NCBI GenBank assembly: GCA_030704615.1
Contig: CM060733.1
Location: 57,598,001-57,662,000, forward strand
Reading direction: 5' to 3'
Origin: Takakia lepidozioides
Taxonomy: Eukaryota; Plantae; Bryophyta
Length of the DNA stretch: 64,000 bases
The translations under genes and the position numbers were made by a program. Each line of letters starts with the position of its first letter. Positions within the stretch are counted from its first letter, which is position 1. Below, one piece after another: positions 36,449-48,400 of this stretch. Under the pieces are notes generated by a model. That model searched no databases and was not told the origin of the DNA. It saw only the letters and a program-made list of their open reading frames with translations.

Positions 36449-38639
36449 CTACAGCCTCGCCTTGTGTCTCCATCTCCTCAATGAGTTGGAAAGTTCTGTA
36501 AGCCTAGTCTGCCGCGCACCACTCAAAAGCGTAGTATATGTTATGAAATTAGGGCTAACACCATCAGAAAGGGCATCCTTTCCCTTTATCTCCTCAAACA
36601 ATTTGTAGGCCTCAGCCACCCGGTCAGCCTTGCAAAGTCCATGAAGCAGTGTGTTATAGGTAACAACATCCACACATCCCTTTCCACTCATTTCCTCGAA
36701 AAGTTTCGAGGCTTCGTCCATTCTTCCACCCTTACATAGCTCATCCAGGAGCGTGTTATATGTGACTGCGTCGGGTTCACAGCCTGAGTCCTGCATCTCT
36801 AGCAGAAGGTGCCCAACCTCCTCAACCCTGCCTGCCTTGCGAAGTCCATCAATAAGAGTGTTGTACACTGCAACATCTGGAGTGCAACCTGCACGTTTCA
36901 TGTCTCTGAGAAGTGTGAAGGCATTATCAACACGCCCTACTTTGGAAAAACCATCAATTATTGCATTGTAGGTGAAGACGTCCGGGGCATACCCTCCCTC
37001 TGCACACACGCAATGCAGTGAGTAACTTGACAGTGGACAACAACACATTGAGGGACCACAAATCTCTTACAATACATGAGCTTCCTTCAGCATTTTAGAT
37101 CCACCATTGGTTCAACCATCAAAATAATCCAAAGTTACCCACCAATCTGGTCTTTCACTGAAGGCGAAAGTGCAAGAAAATGCAGGGAACACGTCGATCA
37201 TTTACCATCCATCTCCCGTCAGTTCATAAAGGTTGGTATGATCCTACTAAGCAACAAGATGGGATCTGGATCTGAGGAGACCAACCTTCCATCTCTTCAA
37301 AAACCTCCCACGCTTCATCAAGTTTCTCTGCCTTACAAAGGGCATTGATGAGGATATTGTATATACACTCATCAACAGGACAGCGCCTAATTGACATTTC
37401 CTTGAAAACCTTGCGTGCCTCATTTGCCCTACCTGCACCACTCAACGCCTGAATCAGGCAGCTGTACGTGATTACGTCTGGTGTAAGCCCTTTATCTATC
37501 ATTTCTCTAAATAATTTCCATGCAGCATCAACTCTGCCTGACTTCCCAAGGCCATGGATGAGGGTGTTGTATGTCACAATGGATGTGACAAGACCCCTGT
37601 CTTCCATTTCTTTGAAAAATTCGAGGGCTTTGCCCACCCTGCCAGCCTTGCCCAATCCATCAATCATTGAATTGAAGGTGATCACGTTGGGATGACAACC
37701 CCTCTTTTTCATTTTGAGAAAGATGGAGCATGCCTCATCCATGGCGCCAGCTTTGCACAGAGCATCAATCAGAGTAGTAAATGTAACAACGTCCGGTTCA
37801 CAGCTTTGGCTTTGCATTTCTTCGAACATCTTACTCACAAACACCACTTTCCTGGTCTTTTTGAATGAATTCATAAGGATGTTGAAGGTGAAGGTGTCTG
37901 GGTGGCACCCGGTCTGCCACATGACCTGATAGACAGCATATGCCTTATGATGATACCCAGCTTTAACAAAGGCACAGATGAGGGCATTGTATGCAAACAC
38001 TTCAGGCAAGCACCCCAATTGCTTCATGCGATTCAAAGCCTCTACAGCTTTTTCCAACAATCCTGCACTGCCATAGCTTCTGGCCAAGCTGATGTATATT
38101 TCCGGTATTGGCCTGCAGCCTTCCTTTCCCATATCATCCAGTATCTGCTCGATGTCTGCAAACCTTTTGGTGCTGCCTAAAACCCCCACCATTGCATTGT
38201 ACGTTTGAAAGTTATGGGTGAATCCATATTGCTGCCCGACCCAGTTGAAAAAACCCAATGCCACATCCGCGTCTCGCTGTCTCTTCAACACATGACATAC
38301 AAACTTCGGAATGAGATTTAAACCCAGCTGCCTCAATGCTACTTCTTTGTCGGTTCCCCATAGCCCTCTTCGAAGTATTCGGCATACAGCCTCCATCTCC
38401 ATATCTGTGATCCGGGCATGATGGGTTTCTGTTCCAATTCCCTTTCTGCCAACTTGAAGAACCTCCCGCGCATCCTTATCAACCTTGTCTCTCCCATCCT
38501 TAACAGTATGTACGGAACTGCTAGCCTGAAGCCTGTACACCAAGCAATCGAACCCAGGAGAGCCGCACCTGTGGTGTAAACCTAAAGACCGATGCCTTTT
38601 GAGCAATTTCACCAAGGAAGAGCAAGCTTTGAAATGCAT
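36449..38639 (-). CDS. P-class pentatricopeptide repeat protein
   Basis: Tandem 35-aa PPR motifs (PDVVTFTTLIDALCKAG etc.) after ALGFFNWVGQQYGFTHNFQTYNAM. Phase-1 intron 37285-37000 joins EEME|EGGYAPDVFTYN. C-terminus uncertain (possible frameshift near 36500). Confidence 0.9.
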
Positions 38640-39432
38640 AGCCAATAAGCTCTGCGGCTTCAACTCAGGGCATGAGGAAATCACAGCCCCCGCTCATTGA
38701 CACATTGTTGCTGACCGAATCACATTACATGCAACAGTCTCTCTCACACGCGAACATCCTCTCTTTCTCTCTCTCCCTCCCTCCCTCCCTCCATGTCAGG
38801 TCTGAAACATCTGGGTTTTTGGTCAAAGATACTTTTTGTTAAGGAACATCAACCAAAACTCTCTGGTGCATGACAAATCCTAACACGTTCCCCACGAACT
38901 AGAGTGGTTCCGCTCAGGGCGAAAATATTTGACACTATGAAATCTAACGTGACAAAAAATAGTTGTTTGGAGGATTGTAGATTGGTGTATTCGAAGTCAC
39001 AGATATTTTGGTCTGGCACCTGATGTTTTATGCGGTAAAAGAGTAGGTGGGTATCCCATGTATGATGAAACCCTGGGGAGCTTTACTTACAAACTGACAT
39101 CTCATCTAGGTCTTCAGAGCAGGATATGTGTTGAGAGATACTGCGAGGCCAGCAGGTTCGGAATTCAACATTTCAAGTGCGCAAACAAGAGAGATGGTCT
39201 TGCAGACAACAATCTCTAAGTAGGATGGATTACTTGATGCTCGGCAAAGACATTGTATTATGAAGCAACTCTTATGACGTACTACAATGCGTCACCAAGT
39301 GCCGTCCAGCCGTGCTTGCACCAACTCCTCCACGCACAGATCTCGGAGTTGGTCTGCAAACAACTCATTGCAGGACCAAACTTGGTATGGTGCCATGCCT
39401 CGTTATGCGCTTAATTGATCTTGAGGGGGACG

Positions 39433-40908
39433 ATGGCAGCTATGGTGGATTCAGGATTTGAAATATGGAAGGAGCTGTCAGTGAACAAAGTGGTGGTCGA
39501 CTCATGGCCGCTATGCGAAGTCCTACTCGTGAATGATTCGCTCTATCCCGGATGGTTGGTTCTATCCCTCGCATCCCCGAAGCCCGCGAGATTTCTGATT
39601 TGTCAGCTGAAGAGCAGGTATGTCTTCTAAGATTACCCAGGGACGCATTCCAACGTATACATGTTGTCGGATGGTTTCTAGGGAATAAAAGTGGGTTTTA
39701 CTCGATTTTTTTCTCCCGAGCTGGATCATACCTACAGACAAGTTTCCAACTTCACTGCAGCACCCAGCAGCATCTTATTGATTCAGGAGTTTGACGAGGA
39801 CGAAAGAGACATTTTCCATAGCTGGGCCGTTATTGGCTATGCAAGACCTACGGGAGTTACATACTGGGACTGTCACCCAAGTGGGAGGGGCCATATCCGC
39901 AAGCCTGCTTGACATTTGTGCGACGGTGAAGCAGCACACTAATGACTAATGTCCCATTGGAGATTGATGCTCCAATCTCTGCAATAGCTAACATTCTTCC
40001 TCTTTTGACATCATGAGTTTCAGGTCATGCTGTGTCAGGAGATAAGCCTGGCCTCACGAATCCTTGAGAAAGTCTTCACTCCGAACAAGCTCAATGTCGG
40101 AGCTCTGGGCAATGTGGTATGTCGCATAACACTTTGAAAACAGATTATAATTAGCTCTAGCAGGATGATGATGGGAATGGGTGAATTTGGATCTTATCAG
40201 ATTGTATCAGCAGTGGTGTTGAAAAGTGTCCCCCGCAGTCATAACTACGTACCTGGCATTTCAGCCTTCAAGAACAGATTTCTTATGTAGGGAGCATTTT
40301 TCAACCCACTCATGTTAGTTAGTTCATGTCTCTCTTCTCTCTCTGCGTTTTTATATCTGCTGTTTTCTATGATATGAATGTATGTCTTGACTGAGTCTTC
40401 CCGTCTTGAGTCTAGACACAAACGGAGTCTGCAACTTCCTTTGGGAATAGATAAGTCAGTGGGGAGCTATAATAGCTGGTCATTGCCAAACAGGATATGG
40501 TTCATTGTCTCACTGTGGGATTGACTCTCTAAGTTATGAGACAGTATTCTTTCTGGTTTCCTTCCTTTTTCCTAGTTGTTTAATTTCCTTGAGTTTTTGT
40601 CCTTGTGCTTTTGTTTTCATCTTGAATGCACTTTTTTACCTTGGATGTGACTACCTTTCAATCTTTGCTAGCAATGATTCAATTTCTTCCAGGACCAGTA
40701 GGTTGTATGAGACGCCCTGACCTTCACTGTTCTTGTTCTTGGATTGTTCTAGGTGGCCCAGGTGCATATACATGTGGTTCCAAGGTTCAAGTCAAACAAG
40801 GCATGGCCAGGCCCAGTCTGGGGGGCTCATCCTGCTCGCCCATTTCCAGATCTTGAGCTCCAGGAATGCATACAGAAAATCAAGGCTGTGATAGGAGAGC
40901 TTAGCTAG
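39433..40908 (+). CDS. HIT-family hydrolase, bacterial-type subfamily, 3 exons
   Basis: Exons 39433-39617, 40024-40116 and 40753-40908: WPLCEVLLVNDSLYPGWLVL(I)PRIPEAREISDL..Q|..PNKLNVGALGNV|VAQVHIHVVPRFKSNKAWPGPVWG. One base is missing at ~39563. Confidence 0.85.
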
Positions 40909-41881
40909 CTCTCCTCCAGAGCATCTGACTGTCTCTTACTGTGACCACCCCTCCAAACACCACCCTGCCCCTGAAACACACATCTGCTTGAACACATGAG
41001 CTGGATGGATGTTCAAATGCGCAAAGGCTTCTGATACTTGCTCAAGAAGTTTGCTAAGCTTGATGAACAAAGTGCGCCGTGTAGCATGTCGAAGACTGAA
41101 AGCAATATGTGATCTTCTTTGCAGGTTGTGTGTCGAGTTAGTGCTAAGAAGAACTCAATATACATTTTTGTCCTTTCAATTTTCCAGTTTTAGACCATCA
41201 ACAGCAACACCATCTCATCGTTCAACTTCCTCTTCCTTAGCCTCCAATTCCTTTGAGAAGATCCATGGCAAAAATTATGGGATTCTGGGTTTCCAGCATG
41301 TATCTGGAATCAACTCGCCCTAGGGTCACAAGGACTACCAAGATGTTATAGTAGCTATCACGATCCTCCTGCATTCTCCTCCGTGTTCACGAAAAAGTAA
41401 GATATTAAACATGAACAAATCCATGGTGCAGGTCGAGCTGTGCTTTGCGCCAGCTCCTTAAAAACAATCGTAGCTCTCCATAAGGAAAGTGACCAGCCAG
41501 AAACGTTCATTTGCAGCCGATGTCTGAGGATAAAGTAGGCACCGTGTACCCTTCGACGATGACACTCGTGTTGTTGTTTGTGGGTGGGTTTTACCTCAAG
41601 GTGAGTGGGGACTGAAGATTGTAAGACAATCGCAATCTACTGAGAGAGCATTAACGGTTAAGACTGGGAGAGGAAGAGATGACTTCTACTTGGATCTTGC
41701 AGCTTCTAACAGCGCACTTGGTTTAATCCATCGCACCACATACTGTCTTATCCATCAAATGGCAGATATTTCAACACTCATCAGAGTGCGCAGGCGTTTC
41801 ATCGCACGTCACTCCAAAATGATCACAACAGCTCAGATCCTGAAGGGTTATAGCAGGATGGTGGATTATCACTCTTCTTTG

Positions 41882-43666
41882 ATGACCCAGATCTCTTCAG
41901 AATCATACAACGGGGAATCTTCCACATTTTCTTCTTTACCGTCACTAGCCAGACGCAACACAGATGGAAGGTGTGTAGCCTTGCAACTGCCGCGTGATGT
42001 AACGAGGCGGATATTCTCGCAGCTCGATTGTTGTGACCTCATGAATTGCTCCCTTGTTTGCAGGTTTGTTATCTCTCCTTCGTACTCCAAGCAAGCCACT
42101 TCTTCCAGAGTAGACCATGAAGCATTTGCGCGCTTCCCAGCCGCTCATTTCTGTAATCTCTGCAAGCCGTTTTGATTGAAGAAATCCCCATGTGTATGCA
42201 TAGTTTTGGACTACTTTTGGTGGCCTTAAGTGCAACTTCAAAGGTCCCGTATCGGACCTTGTAGTTCCAATTGAGGCCACTGAAATCGCTAACTGCTCAG
42301 GAATTTTTCCATGCATATGCATGGGTATATTACAGAGTGCAGGGATGAGGCACTATTAAGGTAGTCCTCACATCAAGTTGGTGCACTTCGTTCCGGATGC
42401 ACGGAGGAACAATACAAGAGGTCTTTCGTTAAAAAGCAAGAGAGCAACAAATGAACTGAATTGAAATGTAGATGAATTGGACTGGGAATGTTGAGCAAGA
42501 GCTGAAACTGAAGAATGGCCTATTGCTGCAAAGGGCAGTGATAGTTTCCCGGTGATTTGCTATGGCATTCAGGTAGTCCATTGTTTGCATCTCTTTGGTG
42601 GCTATCCCTCAGCATTGTGGTTCTGGTTGGTGTCAGGCAGTAGGTGTCTGCCAAGGTTAGTATGTCGGCACCTGAGTCACTTTAATCATGGGGAATTGCC
42701 CCTAAGTATGCCCACTGAAGTATTTGCCACTTTTCACCCACATTGCAGCTTCAAACCCTTTCAATTGATTCTCAAGTACATTCTCCCCTCCTGATACCAA
42801 CTCTCTTGGAGAGGGCCATGGTATTTAAGCCATCAGGGTGTGAAACTCAGCCTGACATTGCCATATGGCTTCACAAACTGGTTACAGCAAAGTCCATTCC
42901 AAAGGTGCATCAGCTAAAGCATGATGTTGATTCCAGCACTACTACTGGAATCCTCTTAAGGGCCTTGATCGATTGAGTGGGAAAAGGGAAGAATTGTGTC
43001 CTCTTGCTAGCAACTATTTGCACAGGTAGTCGCACCAGAGGAGTGAATAGGAAGAATGCAGTGTTGAGAGGGTTGTGATTTTTGTCTAATAAATCTGGCT
43101 GTAAGACGGAGGCTGAATTAGGGAACAGCTCTATCCATGGTAGTTCAGCATTATCTGAGTAAACCATACCATGCAGCTCAATGTGCTCCTTGGTCTGAAT
43201 GCAGAAGATGGGGGCCAAATAGTTTCACCTATTTGGATTGTATCATGATGGGTCTACTCTACAGAAATGGAGAAGGTTTTGATTTGAAAGATTGTGCTGT
43301 CTATGAAGTCAGTGTCTTTGGATTATGAGACTAGCTTGTGTAGGTCATTGCACTTTCATGATTTTTGAGATATAGAAGCCCCTACAATGTGAACTTTGGC
43401 GAGATCATACATCATGGCTGAATGCTAGTCAAGAGTTTACTAATAGGATGCTGTGGCGATGGTGTGAAGGCAATGGCTATATGAGTCGGGAGAGCTGAGG
43501 GAGGGCTGGCAGGAAGAGTTTTTGGAAGAAAAATCAGTGCGTGGTCTCCTCGTGAACCGTGAAATCAGACATTGTCGCCCCCATTACGCTGCTTACCTGG
43601 CTGGCAGTCCAGACTAATGAATGGATGGCATGTTTTTCATGCATATCGGACAGACATTGTTTGTAA
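41882..43666 (+). CDS. Small F-box protein, 2 exons
   Basis: Exon 41882-42063 (LQLPRDVTRRIFSQLDCCDLMNCSLVCR) joins in phase 2 to 43470-43666 (QWLYESGELREGWQEEFLE...). Start codon uncertain. Confidence 0.7.
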
Positions 43667-43937
43667 TGGAGTGTGAAATGAGTCCGAAGACATTGAGGCA
43701 TGACCTACTCATGGACTCTGACATATCCAATTTCATGTTCATTGAGGTGTGTGCGAGACTGTTGTATAAACTCATTCAACTTTGGAGACCCAGCCTTGTG
43801 GCTGTAGAAGTGGGGCCTGGTTGAGCTGAGCAGGAAAGCTGGGGAGAGGGGGAAATCGATCACCATTGCTGAAGTCTCAAAAGGATGGACCAAATTTACA
43901 CTTGATACCTGCAATGAGATTTTTCTTTGATGTAGAG

Positions 43938-44555
43938 AATGTACGCATAAGATGTTGTTTGCTGTCGCCTTGTGGCCATATACCCCACGCCCAGTTTGTG
44001 TGGAACAAAAGGGAACAGAGGCTACCTTTGTGAGGGGCTCACTCTGGTAGTATGACTGACCTTGATAGAATGTACTCATAAGACGCTGTTTGCCGCAGCC
44101 TTGTTGCCAGTGACCACGCCCCCAGTTTGAGCGGAACACCAACTGACCTTGATAGAGACAATTATTTGGGTTTTCCAGATATCCTCTAGAAAGCCCTTCA
44201 CACAAGCATCAACTTGCTGTGTGTGACCTGCCCAGCAATTAGACCCAACATGGCCAGGGCTTTAGGCTCAGGCTCAAGATTTTGAAAGTTGGTGAACAGA
44301 GGTGCAGGGACAATGCTCTTGATGATCCTGAAGAAAATGGATATTGTCTTCAGGCTGCCTGCACATCGAGCAACTACAATTTCCTCTTCCTCTCTGCATT
44401 TGTTGATTGTTCGAAGGTAGGCCTCCCACCCCGACTTTAAATTTCAGTCTTGTGCTGACGGTAGGTAGGCCCTTTAGATCATCCTTAAGGTCCTCACCCA
44501 TGTCACAGACTGGAAACAAGTTCAGGGAAGTTTTCTGCCTAACTTCATTTGATGT
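43938..44555 (-). mobile_element. Degenerate family A LINE 3' fragments (two tandem ends)
   Basis: NEVRQKTSLNLFPVCDMGEDLKDDLKG and TGRGVYGHKATANNIL; 3'-end motifs at ~43940 and ~44071. Confidence 0.8.
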
Positions 44556-45025
44556 AGACAGCATTTGGTCTGCAGAAGCGAGCATGAAATACTAATGTTG
44601 TTGTCGAAGCATTGTGCTCTGCATCTGGACTTCAGGCCTCCCAGACTGCACATCAGATGCAAATATATATTGTACCAGGCCGGGTAGTGACCATTAGCAT
44701 TAAAATATCAAAAGGGTTCAAAAGGGAATTCGATACTCAATAGCCAGGTTGAAGTAGGCTCATCAACCAGAGGTTCCATTCAGCAATAAACAAATTACTC
44801 AATTTTCCTCCTTATGTGAGTTTCTTTTGTTTCAAGGGTTGGTGTAAAGCACCACTATCGGTCAAAAAGGGGCCTGGGGCAGGATGATGACACCATATGT
44901 AGGAACCAGCTTTGGCTTGGAAGTTCTCCTAGCTCCCCAAGACCTGGACTCCAAATTTCAGCATTAATGGTTCAGATTTTATTTTTGGCTTGGCATTTAC
45001 GCTGATATGTGCATTTACATGTGGG

Positions 45026-45494
45026 TGTGATGCCTCAAAACGAGCCTGAAGCATATACTCCCTTCCTCTCAAGAAACAAGTTTTCACAACAAGGGGGCGA
45101 GCGGAAAGAACAGGCAATGCGCGAGAGGAGGATCAAGCAGGCGGATCTGACACACATGAGCTCTCATCCAAAGCTTGTACACCGAAATCACATATACACT
45201 AACACCCGAGTACACCGCCCTGACCTTGTGTCAGGGCGCCATCTTTATACAAAAGCCCTAGCATTAGTTGCTCGTAGCGTGGCGAGGCGTCACAAGCCAA
45301 AACCCACGGCGCCGCTTTGTAACCCTAGATCTGGTGAAGGGCCAGGATGTGGCCACCAGCCAAAACTAACCCTAACCTAGATATAATTGTAACGGTTTAA
45401 CGGCATTATACGCCAAAAAATTATACTATGGATGTGTATCGCCATTTTGGATGAAATGGGTCATTTCTAGGCTAAGCAAATATGGGGCATTACA
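45026..45494 (-). repeat. 3' LTR of the gypsy element
   Basis: ~45140-45494 matches 53567-53880 directly; ~45033-45130 matches 53165-53262 in inverted orientation. Confidence 0.88.
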
Positions 45495-48400
45495 TCTCTG
45501 AAGCCTACCCCCCACAAAAAATCCTGAGTTCCGCGAAGGGAAAATAAATAATAAGGAAATATCACCCTCCACTGTTGGGTGAAAAACCTACCAAGGGAAA
45601 ACCTAGCACTTGCAAATTGGGCCGAGGACAAAACCCTTGGCTAGGAAAACCGTGCAGGGAGTATAGATGGTGATATATACCATGAGACTAAAATATTTCT
45701 AAGGCCTAGAGAGGTCAAGTCCTAGGACCCCAAGAATCACCATCCGCAAGCTAATACTAAGCCGCTGAAGAGAAGAGGATCAAGCTGAAGTAGATCGGCA
45801 AAGAAGATCAAGACATCACCCCACCGTACGCCCCTCCACATTACCACATGTAAGATCAAAAACTAGCTCGGAATGCACCAAGTCCGTCAAGGAAACAGGT
45901 TCATCCCGCACTTCAGTATTGGAGCCTTATGGAAGAAAGAGAGCACGTCGCCCAGGTAAAATCTGATAGATCAAGTATGGGCCTTCGATCTTGAGCTTAG
46001 ATTTGCATGCATGTTTGTCATGCTGTAATCGAACGCACACGGTCTGTCCCACCTGAAACAGGTTAGAATACTTGACACGCTTGTTAAAATTACGGGCCTG
46101 GGTTAGCTGAGCCTTACCAATGTTTGTTTTGGCATCATGGATAGACACTGCATGCCGAGCATGAAGATCCTCAACAAAGGTATCAAGATCAATCGGATCA
46201 GCAACAGTAGAGATAAGAGGGGTAGAATGCAAAAGAGAAACACACTTGCGACCATACAACAACTCAAAATGAGTCTTCTTGGTGCTAGCATGCACGGCGG
46301 GAAGAAATGTATCCCACTCCCTGGTAAATGCGCCATTCTTCTCCAACATTCGGCAAAGAGTTTGGTTGAAGCGTTCCATAAGGCCATTGGTCTGGGGATG
46401 GTATGGGGCTGTGGTGGAGTGCTTAATACCGAAATTGAAGCAAACCGCCGTGAGGAGCTGGTTACAAAACTCATTGCCCTGATCTGTTAGTATCTCCCGA
46501 TGACACTCATGCCGCATAAGGATCTCATTGAAGAAGAACTGAGCTACAGCATCACTAGCCTTGGAACGCAAAGGCCGGACTTCTACCCACTTAGTCAAGT
46601 AGTCGGTAGCAACACAAAGGTAGTTTTGACCCTTTGATGTGAGTGCGAGGGGTCCTACTAAGTCAATGCCAACACTAGCAAAAGCAAGGTGGCAGGCAAA
46701 GGCTACAGCTCATACAAGATCCGGGCCCTAGGGAGAGCAATGTTAGCACGACAACCTTCACACTTAGAGATGAACTCTGTGACGTCTCGGTGAATTCCCA
46801 GCCAATAGTATACCTCTTGGATGCGGGCCACAATTTTCTTGATACCAAGGTGACATGCATACAAAGAACAATGGAAACGCTCCAATAAAGCATTCAGCTG
46901 GCTTCGTGGTGGCACCTCCAAATAGCATGGCACTCCTCCTCTAATGAGCTCCTTGAAAAGCTTAACACCCATAAAATGGTGAGTAGACACATGATACATA
47001 ATTTGTTTACGTAAGGACTCGGAAAGGCCAGCAGGCGAACGCCCTGATTGGCATTGCTGGAATAGCGCAGCATATAGTTGATCATCTATGACTGCACTGC
47101 ACATAAAGGTAAATAATGGGCTTTAGAGAAGGTGGTCTGGAGTGCCCGCACCTATGATTTCCAGCCAGGGATACCTTCACCTCATTTGTTACTACTCATG
47201 GACAACCAAATCATGCCTTGAGGCTCAAGCCAATAGTCACACCGGAGTGCAGCAGCTGAAATACAACATACTCGGAGGCCTAGGAAAGAGAAGAACTGAA
47301 TCACAACAAGGAACTTCCACCAAACCATCTGAATTCTCTCTAAGCGATAAATCCACCACACATACTAACACACAAAAAAAAAATCAACCAAGATCATCAA
47401 GAAGGCTAGACCAGCCCCAAGCAGCCAATATGCCATTGGAATCCAAGGCCAAGAGGTGTTGATCTGCACAAGAAGGTTGAGAAGAGGGGCAGGATCAGGA
47501 GGAGGGGCTGCATTAGCAGCAACAAGGTCATCCAAGGTTAACATAGGCCTGCTGACAGGAGGATCTACCCGTGTGAGCGGATCAGCATTTGTGTTTTCTT
47601 TGCTCTTCTTGTAGACTATATCCATGTCAAATTCCTGTAGGTACATAGTCCATCTAGCAAATCTGCCATGAAGTTCCTTTGGCTTAACAAGATCCTTAAG
47701 TGGAAGATAATCAATCTCTACCACAAACCGGCTGCCATGTAAATATTGCCTGAAATGCTTGACACCAAATACCAGGGCTAGACCCTCCTCATCAGATATG
47801 GAATAATTCCTTTCATGACGATCTAGACGACGAGATGCATAAGCTATTACATGCTCCTTGCCTTCTACAACTTGACATAAGATTGCAGAGATGACAACAT
47901 CTGATGCATCAGTCTGAAGCAAGAAAGGTAATTCAAAGTTGGGAAACATCAGGATGGGAGCTGAACACAAAGCCTTGCGAAGGGTGTCAAAGGCAGCCTG
48001 CTGGGAGAAGGTCCATTCAAACCTAACATCTTGCACAACACCTTGGTCAGAGGATGAGCAAGCTTGGTAAAGTTCTTTATGAAGCGCCTATAATAAGAAG
48101 CCAGACCAAGGAATGATTTGATACAATGTTTATCCCTGGGAATAGGAAAGCCCCAAACTAACTCAAGCTTAGCAGGATCAGGAAACAAACCATCTTTGGA
48201 CAGGATATGACCAAAAGTGCAGCTCAGACATGAACAGCTCACACTTCTTGGGTTTTACCTTGTCAAGTCTTGCAGTGCGCAATTTGCTGAAAACATGTTG
48301 TAGATCAGTCAAGTGAGCATCAAAACTGGCTAAGTATACATTGATATCATCGACATAAATCAAAGCACACTCCCAGCGAAGATTGCCCAAGACAATGTCC

